DNA of 41,714 nt from a virus (lineage: Duplodnaviria; Caudoviricetes). Within the stretch, counting starts at the first letter, position 1; every line of letters begins with the position of its first letter. The DNA is taken from IMG/VR virus record IMGVR_UViG_3300034008_000014, positions 1 to 41,714 of that record. One strand, given 5' to 3'. Below the pieces are notes generated by a model. It was given only the letters and a program-made list of their open reading frames with translations, was not told where the DNA came from and did not search any database. Both the position numbers and the translations under genes were made by a program. Positions 1 to 9,399 of this stretch are shown here, piece after piece.

Positions 1-1235
1 CACCGGCCAGAACCGTCGACACGATCATGTCGCTGCCCGAGAAGCCCTTCCCGAAGCTGACGCGCATCTCCTACACGCCCTACTTCGCACCATCTGGCAG
101 GCTGGTCACCGAGCCAGGCTACGACGCCGAAGCGCAGACCTTCTACGCCCCGGCGCCCGGCCTCGTGGTGCCCGACATCGCGGAGCGGCCGACCAGGGAG
201 CAGGCGCTGAGGGCGCTCGACTACGTGGACCGTGAGCTCTTGCACGACTTCCCCTTCGTCGGGACAGCAGACAAGGCGCACGCGCTCGGGCTCATGCTGC
301 TGCCGTTCGTGCGCGACATGATCGCCGGGGCGACACCGCTGCACGACATCGAGAGCCCGGCGCCCGGGTCGGGCAAGGGGCTACTGATGAAGGTGCTCCT
401 CATGCCCGCCGTAGGTGGCAGGCAGCTCACCGCGGGGGCTGCCCACGAGGGCGCGGAGTGGGAGAAGCGCCTTATCTCGTTCCTTCGCCTGTCACCGCAG
501 GCGCTCGTGCTCGACAACGTGAACGACAGGGTGGACAGCGGCTTCTTGTGCACGGCGCTGACCGAGCCCGAGATATCGTCCCGGGTGCTCGGCCAATCCG
601 AGCAAGTCACTATCCCCGTGCGCACCGTGTGGGTGATGACGGCCAACAACCCCAAGTTCTCGGGAGAGGTCGCACGGCGCACGCTGCGCATCCGTATCGA
701 CCCGGGCGTAGAGCGCCCCGAAGACCGTGGCGGCTTCCGGCACAGCGACCTGGCTCGCTGGGCGTACGAGCACCGGGCCAACCTGATCGCCGCATGCTGC
801 ACCATGATCGCCGGATGGGTTGCGGCTGGCTGCCCAGAGCTGGTGCCCACCAAGCCGCTCGGCAGTTTCGAGCACTGGCACGCGGTCATGGGCGGCCTGC
901 TCGACTTCCTGGGCGTCGAAGGGCTGCTCGAGAACAAAGAGGAGTTCCTCACCGCGGGCGACGACGAGAACAGCGTATGGGTCGCCCTAGTGCACGCGCT
1001 CAGGGAGAGCTCCCGGCTGACCGGGATCAGTGAGTGGACGACGAACGACGTGCTGCGCGTGGTCGAGACGAACAGTATCGCGCTCGACCTGGGGCGCGAA
1101 GGTGGCAGCAGAGTGCTGTATCTAGGGCGGTCTTTGGGGCGGCAGAAGGACCGTTGGCACGACGGAGCGCAATTTCAGAAGAGACTGAGCAACGGTAAAA
1201 CGTGGTGGCAGTTGAAGGATCAACCTAGATTCTGA
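1..1235 (+). CDS. C-terminal helicase/ATPase part of phage primase-helicase (5' truncated; N-terminal Prim-Pol part at 40742-41714)
   Basis: Frame open from base 3; PGYD motif, Walker A APGSGKG, Walker B LVLDN, SRVLGQS, TANNP motifs of primase-associated P-loop NTPases. Confidence 0.85.
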   Translation, partial: PARTVDTIMSLPEKPFPKLTRISYTPYFAPSGRLVTEPGYDAEAQTFYAPAPGLVVPDIAERPTREQALRALDYVDRELLHDFPFVGTADKAHALGLMLLPFVRDMIAGATPLHDIESPAPGSGKGLLMKVLLMPAVGGRQLTAGAAHEGAEWEKRLISFLRLSPQALVLDNVNDRVDSGFLCTALTEPEISSRVLGQSEQVTIPVRTVWVMTANNPKFSGEVARRTLRIRIDPGVERPEDRGGFRHSDLARWAYEHRANLIAACCTMIAGWVAAGCPELVPTKPLGSFEHWHAVMGGLLDFLGVEGLLENKEEFLTAGDDENSVWVALVHALRESSRLTGISEWTTNDVLRVVETNSIALDLGREGGSRVLYLGRSLGRQKDRWHDGAQFQKRLSNGKTWWQLKDQPRF

Positions 1236-1435
1236 GAGTAGCCTGAAGATGTTCTCAGATTCAGCTTAGATTCGAGAGGTGTACCCCACTGAGCGAAGTT
1301 GCTTCTGACTAGGGGTAATGCAAAACAGAGAGGTACAGTGGTGTCAGGTACCAGTCACACGCGAAAAAATCTTGTCTTTCTACACGCATCCGGGGACGGT
1401 GGCTCAGAACCCCCCTACCCCTCCTACCCCACTGA
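1227..1435. other. Putative replication origin (AT-richer tract with short repeats)
   Basis: Directly after the primase-helicase gene; AGATTC x3 (1227, 1257, 1268), TACCCCACTGA x2 (1282-1292, 1425-1435), CCTACCCC x2, inverted GGGGTA (1312), A-run at about 1364. Confidence 0.45.
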
Positions 1436-1452
1436 TAGTGAGGCTATGTAAA

Positions 1453-1881
1453 ATGAAGGTCCCAGGCGGCCCCGCGGCACTGGTCAGCCGTGCGACCGCG
1501 GCAGGATTCTGGACTGTGGCAACGGAAGGCGAAGGTGTCTTCGACGGCTCGAGGGAGTCGAGCATCGTCGTGCGCGGCTGGCGCGGGCAGGATCGGTTCG
1601 TGGCCGTCTACCTGCTGAAGCACGACAGCGAGGCTCAGGGCGGCCCCAAGTGGGCAGCGCATCGGTGCTACTGGTGGCAGCGCGAGCAGAGTGCCGTGAT
1701 ACCCGGCTTCGAGCCACGACGCGTCTGGTCGAAGGTGAACAGCTACAGCGAGCAGCAGACGACGCGCATGGTCAGAGATGACGAGTTGGATGAGCACGTG
1801 ACATTTCTGGCGCCTGAGCCGGTTCCGACGCGCTGTACTGTGACCGAGCTCAAAAGCCGCTTGACAGCACTAGCCCCTTAG
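1453..1881 (+). CDS. hypothetical protein
   Basis: ORF with phage-like codon usage from ATG 1453; the upstream extension runs through the repeat tract and is unlikely to be coding. Confidence 0.65.
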   Translation: MKVPGGPAALVSRATAAGFWTVATEGEGVFDGSRESSIVVRGWRGQDRFVAVYLLKHDSEAQGGPKWAAHRCYWWQREQSAVIPGFEPRRVWSKVNSYSEQQTTRMVRDDELDEHVTFLAPEPVPTRCTVTELKSRLTALAP

Positions 1882-1891
1882 ACGAACTCGC

Positions 1892-1920
1892 TTGCGTTCG
1901 TCCGCCCTTAGATGTAAGGT
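1892..1920 (+). promoter_or_regulatory. SigA-type promoter, leaderless transcript
   Basis: TTGCGT-N17-TAAGGT, then 7 nt (AAGAGAC) to ATG 1928; no SD. Confidence 0.7.
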
Positions 1921-1927
1921 AAGAGAC

Positions 1928-2353
1928 ATGAACCTCACCCTTCGTAAGCAGGCCACCATCCTCAGCGTGCTCTTCGCGCTCCTCGCTGCCTGGTTCGTCG
2001 GCACCGCGCCGATCCCGGCCTATGCCGCCCACGAGGCAGGCGACGCCTACCTGAAGAACCAGAGCAACTCCGCTGCCGCCTACCGCGTCTGTCGCAGTCT
2101 CTCGAGCAGCACCACGTGCAGTCACGGCGTGACCCACTACGCGCCGCTGTACCCCGGCCAGACGACCGCCTCGCGCGGTTGGGTCGACGCTGACGGCTTT
2201 TGGGTCGGCGAGGGCTACAAGGCCAGCGTGAACAACGGCACGCCGTATGACGGCTGGGGGTCGGGCTCGAGCGCCCGGCTGGTGAAGGTCGCCGGATGCC
2301 TCAACGTCGGCAACACCACGTGCACGAAGACCGTCTACATCTATCGTGGCTAG
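1928..2353 (+). CDS. small secreted protein with 4 Cys
   Basis: Basic N-terminus, hydrophobic stretch, AYA-A signal peptidase site; mature part resembles the N-terminal domain of the 6549 protein. Confidence 0.8.
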   Translation: MNLTLRKQATILSVLFALLAAWFVGTAPIPAYAAHEAGDAYLKNQSNSAAAYRVCRSLSSSTTCSHGVTHYAPLYPGQTTASRGWVDADGFWVGEGYKASVNNGTPYDGWGSGSSARLVKVAGCLNVGNTTCTKTVYIYRG

Positions 2354-2740
2354 GGCAAGCGCGACTCTCCCCTGAACTCGCACGTCGCGCGTCAACGGAC
2401 CCTCCTTCCAAGGCGGCCAGGTCTGTCAAGATGCGGCACGCAGTACGGCACGCGCCAACGTGCCAGTGCCGCAGACGGACAACCCTGGTCACCCGGACCG
2501 ATGACGTTACGACCTGGCTACCTTGCGGTTAGTCAGCCACCTGGCGCTCAGCGCGCGGCGTGCATTCCCACTCGGCAAAACGAAGGGCAAGACCATGAAG
2601 TCACCGGCAGAGCACCTGATCGAGTAAGACCGAGCCAGACTTAGAGAAGCTGGCACGGCAGGGCTGGGCACTGTAACAGGTGCCCAGCTCTTCCTGCGTA
2701 GGTATGTCCCGCTGTACGGGCGATGCTGTATCCTTGCCCC

Positions 2741-3235
2741 ATGAGCGATATTGTCGGGCCGGTGCGCAAGCCTCGGGCACGTCATCGCACGAGGACAGAG
2801 CGCGACGCTGAGGGCCTCACCATCGTCAACGCTAAGGTGCGTGGGCAGCGCGACATCGACATTGCTCGCGAGCTGGGCACGAGCACGAAGACCGTACAGC
2901 GGCGGCTCGATGAGTTTGTGCGCAAGCATGGTAGCGCCACGGTTGAGGCGTACCGTCAGGTGGCTGAGCAGCAGCTTGATGTGCTCATGGCTGCGGCTAT
3001 GGTGCACGTCGCTGAAGGCGACCTGAAGGGGGTCGAGGCGGCGCTGAAGGTGCACGAGCGTCGCGCCAAGCTCCTTGGGTTGGACGCGCCGACCCAAGTT
3101 GAGCAGAAGGTGACCGTGGTGCAGAGCGAGCAGGAGAAGACGCTGCTGGACCTGCTAGAGCAGGCTGAGCAGCAGCGCGAGCGTGACCTAGCGGAGAGGT
3201 TGGCCAGTGGGCAGCAGTCGACAGAAGAGGCTTGA
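2741..3235 (+). CDS. probable terminase small subunit / HTH protein
   Basis: HTH (DIARELGTSTKTVQRRL) and ERRAKLLGLDAP motif typical of actinophage small terminases; upstream of terL; TATCCT 6 nt before ATG. Confidence 0.7.
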   Translation: MSDIVGPVRKPRARHRTRTERDAEGLTIVNAKVRGQRDIDIARELGTSTKTVQRRLDEFVRKHGSATVEAYRQVAEQQLDVLMAAAMVHVAEGDLKGVEAALKVHERRAKLLGLDAPTQVEQKVTVVQSEQEKTLLDLLEQAEQQRERDLAERLASGQQSTEEA

Positions 3236-4379
3236 GGAGATGCTCAACAAGCCTCGAGCGGCTACGTTCGTAGACTCTCGCAAGCCTTCGACGTTTACAC
3301 GTCAGCTCGAGGCCAACGGTGACGAACTGGTCGCCACGATCAACGGCCCGGCCGGTGAGGTCAACGAGGGCACTGCGTTGCGCTATCTCGAGGACGAGCA
3401 CCTGACCCCGGCCGATTGGGAGGCCACTCACTTCCGCAAGATCGAGTACGGCGCGGGGTTGGTCAGCGTCAAGTTCTCGTTCAGGCGGCGCCAACGTTCA
3501 GGGCTGCCCGACCTGGCTGAGCTCGTGGCGCAGAGCAGGGACCGCTACTACCGCTCACGGGCCAGTCGCCGCGCGGTCGGCCCGTTCGGCTTCATCGTGG
3601 CGCTCGGCGATACACAGTTCGGCAAGATCGACGGCGACGGAGTAGAGGGCGCGCTCGGCCGGTGCATCGAGTATCTCGAGGCAGCGAAGGAACAGCTCGC
3701 CGTAATGAGCAAGCGCTACGACATAGGCCAGGTGCACATTGCCCTCCTCGGCGACCACATCGAAGGCTTCACGTCCCAAGGGGGAGCGAACACGTGGCGG
3801 ACGCAGCTAACGCTCAACGAGCAGATCAGGCTGACCAGGCGCACGATGATGCACGCCGTGCAGACGTTTGCCCAGAGCGCGGCGTCTGTAACTGTGGTAG
3901 CCGTACCCGGCAATCATGGCCGGGTCACGACTGCAAACGGCTCACAGACGCGCTACGACGACAGTCACGACACTGAGAGCCTGATAGCAGTCAGTGACGC
4001 ATGCGCGCTAACCCCTGGCCGGTTCGGTCACGTCAAGTTCTACGTGCCTGAGACGGACGAGATAAGCGTCGTGTGTGACGTGGCAGGGACCAGCGTGGCC
4101 CACGTGCACGGCGACCGCTATGCGCCCGGGAAACACTTCGACTGGTGGCGTGGGCAGGCGTTCGGCTCACCCGCCTTCGCGGGTGCAGATGTCCTAATGT
4201 CAGGACATTACCACGGCTTTCTCGCTGAGGAGCAGGGCAGGCAGCTCTTCCTCCAGGTGCCCGCTCTCGAGGCTGAAAGCACGTGGTGGAGACACAAGAA
4301 GGGCACGCCCGGCAATCCCGGTCTGCTCACGGCAGTGACGAGCGATGGGCAGACGAGACACGTGGAGATAGTGAGATGA
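3207..4379 (+). CDS. calcineurin-like metallophosphoesterase (MRE11-like nuclease)
   Basis: Motifs GDTQFG, GDHIEG, PGNHG, HVHGD, GHYH; start may be GTG 3207 or ATG 3240. Confidence 0.85.
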   Translation: MGSSRQKRLEEMLNKPRAATFVDSRKPSTFTRQLEANGDELVATINGPAGEVNEGTALRYLEDEHLTPADWEATHFRKIEYGAGLVSVKFSFRRRQRSGLPDLAELVAQSRDRYYRSRASRRAVGPFGFIVALGDTQFGKIDGDGVEGALGRCIEYLEAAKEQLAVMSKRYDIGQVHIALLGDHIEGFTSQGGANTWRTQLTLNEQIRLTRRTMMHAVQTFAQSAASVTVVAVPGNHGRVTTANGSQTRYDDSHDTESLIAVSDACALTPGRFGHVKFYVPETDEISVVCDVAGTSVAHVHGDRYAPGKHFDWWRGQAFGSPAFAGADVLMSGHYHGFLAEEQGRQLFLQVPALEAESTWWRHKKGTPGNPGLLTAVTSDGQTRHVEIVR

Positions 4380-4696
4380 CCGAGCAAGAGTTTATGACGC
4401 AGGCTGAGGCGAGGCAGCGCACGATGCGGCTTCAGGCGATGCGCAAGCTGAGCAAGACAGAGCTGCATGGGCTCGGCATCGGTCTAGGCGCGATCACTGC
4501 GCTAGAGGCCGTCCTCGTCACCGAGCTCATGAACATGCGCGACGCGGCCGAGAAGGAGACTGCCGTGCGCCGGGCCAGGGCGCTGCCCACTCTCGGCCCG
4601 TACGGTCGTGCCTACCTGGCTACCCGGCGCGCGCTGTGCGCTGTGGGTTTGGCGCTCGAGGACACGGGCGCTGTGGTTGAGCAGGGGAAAATCTAG
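4376..4696 (+). CDS. hypothetical protein
   Basis: ATGA overlap with upstream stop; 106 aa. Confidence 0.65.
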   Translation: MTEQEFMTQAEARQRTMRLQAMRKLSKTELHGLGIGLGAITALEAVLVTELMNMRDAAEKETAVRRARALPTLGPYGRAYLATRRALCAVGLALEDTGAVVEQGKI

Positions 4697-4717
4697 TCCG
4701 TGCTCGCGCGTAAAGCC

Positions 4718-4746
4718 TCGCATTCCCCCGAATTGTCTGATACTGT
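4718..4746 (+). promoter_or_regulatory. putative promoter of the Lsr2-like gene
   Basis: TCGCAT-N17-TACTGT. Confidence 0.5.
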
Positions 4747-4785
4747 TTCTCTAAAGGGAGACTCCCACAACAGAGAGGTACCATC

Positions 4786-4938
4786 ATGGCAGAGAAGACC
4801 GAGGCCCAGAAGATTCGTGAGTGGGCTCGCCTGAACGGTCATCAGGTCGGCGAGCGCGGCCGGATCAGCGAGACCGTCAGGGCGGCCTACGCGGCGGCGA
4901 ACGGCGGCCAGGCGACGAACGGCAACGAGGCGGCCTGA
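4786..4938 (+). CDS. lsr2: Lsr2-like protein, DNA-binding domain only (50 aa; not in ORF track)
   Basis: MAEKTEAQKIREWARLNGHQVGERGRISETVRAAYAAANGGQATNGNEAA matches the Lsr2 C-terminal consensus IRxWARxNGxxVxxRGRI..V..AY; SD AGAGG. Confidence 0.9.
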   Translation: MAEKTEAQKIREWARLNGHQVGERGRISETVRAAYAAANGGQATNGNEAA

Positions 4939-4952
4939 CGCACGCAGCACGG

Positions 4953-4986
4953 AGCAGGGATCGGTCTCCGCGGCCGGTCCCTGTTT
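4953..4986 (+). terminator. intrinsic terminator after lsr2
   Basis: CAGGGATCGGTC-TCCGC-GGCCGGTCCCTG 12-bp stem (with G-U pairs) followed by TTT. Confidence 0.65.
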
Positions 4987-5004
4987 GCTATCCTGGGGAC
5001 CATC

Positions 5005-6528
5005 ATGCCTAGCCTTTCGCCTGAAGCGCTGACCTACCTGGCCAGCTTCGACGCGACCGCGCTGCGTTCGGCGGCTGGTCGGCGCCTGCTCACTAAGCGC
5101 AACCCGCGGCTCTTCGCCCTGGTCTACCTGGCGCACCATCTCAGTGACGACTCAACGGATGATGTGATCAGCTTCAGCGAGGCGCAGCTCGATTGGTATG
5201 AGCAGATGAGCGAGTGGATTCTGCCTGCCAGCACGCCGCGCTCGTGGCGTCGTGCGTTCGTTGCGCCCCGGCAGAGCGCGAAGACGACGACATGGTTTCT
5301 GATAGCCCCGCTATGGGCTGCTGCGCATCGTCACGTGAAGTTCGCCATGGCTATCGCCGACAACAGCACACTGGCCGAGACGCACCTAGCCACGTTTAAA
5401 CGGGAGCTCGAGCGCAACGAGCTGCTGAGGTTGGACTACCCCGAGCTGTGCGAGCCGATGATGCGCAACCGCGGCACCACTGCCAGCGACAACCGGCAGA
5501 TGATGCAGCAGAGGAGCGGTTTCGTCTTCTCGGCGAAGGGCGCGGGCAGCACGGCGCTCGGCACGAAAGTAGGCAACGTCCGACCTGACCTCATCATCAT
5601 GGACGACATCGAGCCGCCCGCGGCCGACTACAGCGTCTACAAGATGCAGCAGCGCCTAGACCTCATCCGGCAGTCACTGCTGCCCATGAACGCCCACGCG
5701 CGAGTCGTGCTCGTGGGAACCGTGACGATGGACGGCTCTATCGTGCATCAGCTTGTGCGGTCGGTCACGTCGCACGACGTGGCTGGATGGATCACGGCTG
5801 AGCGCTTCCGCACCTTCTACCACGCTGCGCTCATCACCAACGACGACGGCACCGAGCGTTCACTCTGGCCCGAGAAGTGGCCGTTGGCCGAGCTTCAGTC
5901 CATGCGGCACGACCGCTACTTCGCTATCAACTTCCAGAACCTGCCGCTTGCCGCTGACGGTGCAATGTGGCAGATGGGCGACATTACGCACGTGGCCGAC
6001 CAGGCCGTCTACCCGCGCTCGTTCCTGAGCATCGATCCTGCCGTAACGAGCAAAGAGCGCAGCAAGGGGCAGAAAGAGAGCGACGCGACAGGCGTGGCCC
6101 TACTCGGCCACGACAGGCAGACCGGCCGTGTCTACGTCCGTGAGTCGTGGGCGCTGCGGCTCGATCCGAAGGCGCTGCGCACGTGGGTAGCCGCCCGCCT
6201 GGCTGAGCATCCCGAGGTACGCCTTATCCTGGTGGAGACCAACCAGGGCGGTGACGTGTGGCGAGAGATTCTTGGCGGCTTCCCCGACGTGGCGTACGAG
6301 TCCGTCAACCAGTCCGTGAAGAAAGAGACGCGCGCCGAATTCCTGCTCAACGCCTACCAGCGGCGCCAGGTGGTGCACGTCGGGACGCACGAGAGCCTAG
6401 AGCGTGAGCTGCTGGCTTTCCCGAATGGTCTGCACGACGATCAGGTCGACGCGGTGGGTACGGGCTTTACGTGGGTCACGGGAGCTGGTCAGGCTCGACG
6501 GACATCGCTTCGCCGCGCCGTTGCCTGA
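5005..6528 (+). CDS. terL: terminase large subunit
   Basis: Walker A APRQSAKTT, Walker B IIMDDIE, nuclease SIDPA and FPNGLHDDQVDA. Confidence 0.95.
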   Translation: MPSLSPEALTYLASFDATALRSAAGRRLLTKRNPRLFALVYLAHHLSDDSTDDVISFSEAQLDWYEQMSEWILPASTPRSWRRAFVAPRQSAKTTTWFLIAPLWAAAHRHVKFAMAIADNSTLAETHLATFKRELERNELLRLDYPELCEPMMRNRGTTASDNRQMMQQRSGFVFSAKGAGSTALGTKVGNVRPDLIIMDDIEPPAADYSVYKMQQRLDLIRQSLLPMNAHARVVLVGTVTMDGSIVHQLVRSVTSHDVAGWITAERFRTFYHAALITNDDGTERSLWPEKWPLAELQSMRHDRYFAINFQNLPLAADGAMWQMGDITHVADQAVYPRSFLSIDPAVTSKERSKGQKESDATGVALLGHDRQTGRVYVRESWALRLDPKALRTWVAARLAEHPEVRLILVETNQGGDVWREILGGFPDVAYESVNQSVKKETRAEFLLNAYQRRQVVHVGTHESLERELLAFPNGLHDDQVDAVGTGFTWVTGAGQARRTSLRRAVA

Positions 6529-6548
6529 CGTTGCGCTACCCTGAGCGT

Positions 6549-7841
6549 ATGCTTACACGCCGTCTCGCCGCGCTCAGCGCTGGCTTCGCCCTGGCGCTTG
6601 GCGCCCTGACCGCCGTCCCTGCCTCCGCTGCCCAGACCATCACCAACGGCGGACACACCGCCGTTGGTGCGTGCACGGTCAACGCCACGGTCGACAGCAC
6701 TCCGACGACCTCCGACTGCCCCAGCGCCTCGTACGGGCTGCTCAACGTCGGCTCCTCGCGGAACGTGGGCAGCGTCTTCGTCGGGTCCGGCTGGAAGCAG
6801 CGCATCGAGTACAGCAACGGCACCTTCGGCAACTGGTCGGTGGGACCGGCCTGGTGGCACGTGCAGACCGGCGCGGTGCGCGTCTGGTCTGAGCGCACCA
6901 CCGACACCACCCCGGGCTGGCTCTCCGGGGCGTCCGTCGAGAACGATCTGCGCGGCGCCAAGTTCAGCAAGTGGCGCGGCTCCAACGTCGAGATTGGAGA
7001 GACGTGGCTCAACGACGCAGCCGCGTATACCCTTGTCGGCACCCCGTCGACCTCGTGCGGCGGCTGCGGCGAGTGGGCCGGTTTCCCGGGGGCGATGTCA
7101 GTCAACGCGGTGACCCCGAACGACGGCACCATGCCCGGCGACTACCCCTCCGACGCCGCATCCGAGGCGTACTGGGCAGCGGAGGCGAGCGGACGCCACG
7201 ACGCCTACTGGGCCTCGCTCGCCCGCAACGTGCGCACCGCCCGGGCCGGGCTCGGCAAGACCTACTTCGGCCCGTGGTATGAGTTCAACGGCGACTGGAT
7301 GCCGTACAGCGTGAAGCGCACCGCGGCAGCTCAGGCGTCGTTCCGCACCGCGTACGCCCGGGTGACGAACATCATCCGGGCCAACTACCCCGAGGCCGTG
7401 GTCGGCCTGCCGCCCGCGTGCTCGAGGGATATCCCGGCCGCCATGACGCCGGTCACGAGCTCGTTCGACATCTATACCTGCACGCAGTACAACGCCTGGC
7501 CGGTGCAAGCCAACGGCGCTGACGCGGTGGCCAGCCTCGAGCAGGAGCGGCAGCGCGCCGCAGCGTGGGGGAAGCCGTTCGGCATCACCGAATGGGCCAA
7601 CGTGTCCACCCCTGGCGCGGCCGGTGGCGGCGGCGGCGACCATCCCGGCTACATCACGGCGATGCACAACTGGCTCTCGGCCAACGCTGGCACGGGTGCA
7701 GGTAAGGTAGAGTTCGAGACATACTTCAACGTCGGCGGCTACGGCGACCGCTTCGAGCTCACCTATACGAACGGCTCAGGTAACTACGTGCTGAACCCGC
7801 AGCAGCCGAAGACGGCTACCGAATACGCGCGGCTCTTTTGA
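6549..7841 (+). CDS. secreted glycoside hydrolase, GH26-like (clan GH-A)
   Basis: Signal peptide ending ASA-A; WYEFNGDW (acid/base) and KPFGITEW (nucleophile) motifs; TACCCT 6 nt before ATG. Confidence 0.8.
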   Translation: MLTRRLAALSAGFALALGALTAVPASAAQTITNGGHTAVGACTVNATVDSTPTTSDCPSASYGLLNVGSSRNVGSVFVGSGWKQRIEYSNGTFGNWSVGPAWWHVQTGAVRVWSERTTDTTPGWLSGASVENDLRGAKFSKWRGSNVEIGETWLNDAAAYTLVGTPSTSCGGCGEWAGFPGAMSVNAVTPNDGTMPGDYPSDAASEAYWAAEASGRHDAYWASLARNVRTARAGLGKTYFGPWYEFNGDWMPYSVKRTAAAQASFRTAYARVTNIIRANYPEAVVGLPPACSRDIPAAMTPVTSSFDIYTCTQYNAWPVQANGADAVASLEQERQRAAAWGKPFGITEWANVSTPGAAGGGGGDHPGYITAMHNWLSANAGTGAGKVEFETYFNVGGYGDRFELTYTNGSGNYVLNPQQPKTATEYARLF

Positions 7842-9322
7842 TGGACGCCGCGCCCCGCAACGCCTACGCCAGTCAGCACCCTCAGGTCACGCATGCGCTG
7901 AGGGAGCTGAGCGCGGCGCGCCCCGAATACGAGAAGGCGAAAAGCTTCTTCGAGGGTACGGTCCCTGAGGTTCTGGCAGGCGAGAAGCTGAGGCGACTCT
8001 TCGCGGGGCAGGGGCGTCACTTCCGCATCAACTACGCCCGTACGCCTGTCGACCTGCTGACGGAACGGACGACGGTGCAGGGTTGGACCTGCAAGGATGC
8101 CAGGCAGCTCAAGGCGTTGAACGACGCCTGGGAGGACAACCAGCTCGGCATCGAGGCGAAAGACGTGCACGGCAAGGCGTACGAATTCGGCGACTCCTAC
8201 CTGATCGGGTGGCCGGACGAAGACCTGCCCAGCCGCGTGAGCGGCTACCTGCACGACCCGACGAGCGTGCGCGTCTTCTACGACCCTGAGCGCCCGCGGG
8301 TCAAGTCTCACGCGATCCACTTCTGGATCGAGCCGGGCGACGAGGCGAACGGGCTGCCGGAAGGGAAATGGCACAGGGTCACGCTCTACTACCCCGACCG
8401 CGTTGAGCAGTGGGTCAGCAAGCAGGCAGCGGAAGACGCGACGGGCAACGTCAACCTGATCGGCGACGACGGCGAATATGAGCAGTACGTCTCGCCGGAA
8501 GGTGAGGCGTGGCCGACAGAGAACCCGACGCCTGGCGTCATCCCCGTCTTTCACTTCCGCACCGGGCGGCCGTACGGTCGGCCCGAGCACGCCGACGCCT
8601 ATGGCCCGCAGGAGGCTATCAACAAGCTGCTGCTGAGCCTCATGGGCGCCGTCGATCATGTCGTGCTGCCCAAGCGCTACATCACGACCGACTCGGCTCT
8701 CGACGGGCCGCCCGGCGCTGCCGCTGACCCGTTCGCGGCTGCGGTCGGCGAGACGGTCATCGACCCCGAAGGCGACCCGGCACTGACGCAGATCGGGCTC
8801 GACCCGCAGAGCTCGATGAGCGACGACCCGGGTGACGTGTGGCTCATGTCTGGGCAGAACGTGCGGCCGGGCCAGTTCGAGCCCTTCGACCCCGCCAAGC
8901 TCATCGGGCCTATCGAGTCGCTCGTGCAACAAATGGCGGACGTTACCGACATGCCCGCCAACCGCTACCACCGCGGCGGCACCACGCCTTCCGGCGACTC
9001 GCAGCGCATGGACGAGGCGCCGCTGAACAACAAGGCGTCCGACCGTCACGCGCAGTTCGGCGTCACCTGGCACGAGTGGGCAGCGTACGTCTGCCTGGTC
9101 AACGGGCTCGGCGACACGGATGCGCAAATCGCCTGGGGACCGCCGATCCAGTACAACGACGAGCAGAGCTGGCAGACCGCGCTGCTTCAGCTTAAGGCGG
9201 GCGTGCCGCTTGAGCAGGTACTGAAAGAGCGCGGCTACGGCGACGAGTTGATCACGGCATGGATTGCCGCTGGGGCGGCCCAGCAGCCTGACCAGCCTGC
9301 CTCCCCACCCACCGCTCTTTGA
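7841..9322 (+). CDS. portal protein (SPP1 gp6-like)
   Basis: TGATG coupling; INYARTPVD, FGDSYLIGWPD, YGRPEH..AYGPQEAINK, SGDSQR motifs; position after terL. Confidence 0.92.
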   Translation: MDAAPRNAYASQHPQVTHALRELSAARPEYEKAKSFFEGTVPEVLAGEKLRRLFAGQGRHFRINYARTPVDLLTERTTVQGWTCKDARQLKALNDAWEDNQLGIEAKDVHGKAYEFGDSYLIGWPDEDLPSRVSGYLHDPTSVRVFYDPERPRVKSHAIHFWIEPGDEANGLPEGKWHRVTLYYPDRVEQWVSKQAAEDATGNVNLIGDDGEYEQYVSPEGEAWPTENPTPGVIPVFHFRTGRPYGRPEHADAYGPQEAINKLLLSLMGAVDHVVLPKRYITTDSALDGPPGAAADPFAAAVGETVIDPEGDPALTQIGLDPQSSMSDDPGDVWLMSGQNVRPGQFEPFDPAKLIGPIESLVQQMADVTDMPANRYHRGGTTPSGDSQRMDEAPLNNKASDRHAQFGVTWHEWAAYVCLVNGLGDTDAQIAWGPPIQYNDEQSWQTALLQLKAGVPLEQVLKERGYGDELITAWIAAGAAQQPDQPASPPTAL

Positions 9323-9399
9323 CAGGACATACAGACATCAGGTGCTAGCCTAGTCACTAACCGGCTAGATGTCGGATAGTCCCTAGAAGGGTGCACCTT

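Noticed and set aside
6549-6580. Tat signal (TRRLAAL)
   Set aside because: Lacks the RRxFL consensus; a Sec signal is the simpler reading
7784-9127. Long antisense ORFs (e.g. 447 aa opposite the portal, 272 aa at 25508-26326)
   Set aside because: Shadow frames expected in high-GC coding DNA; Arg/Val-rich composition and no motifs
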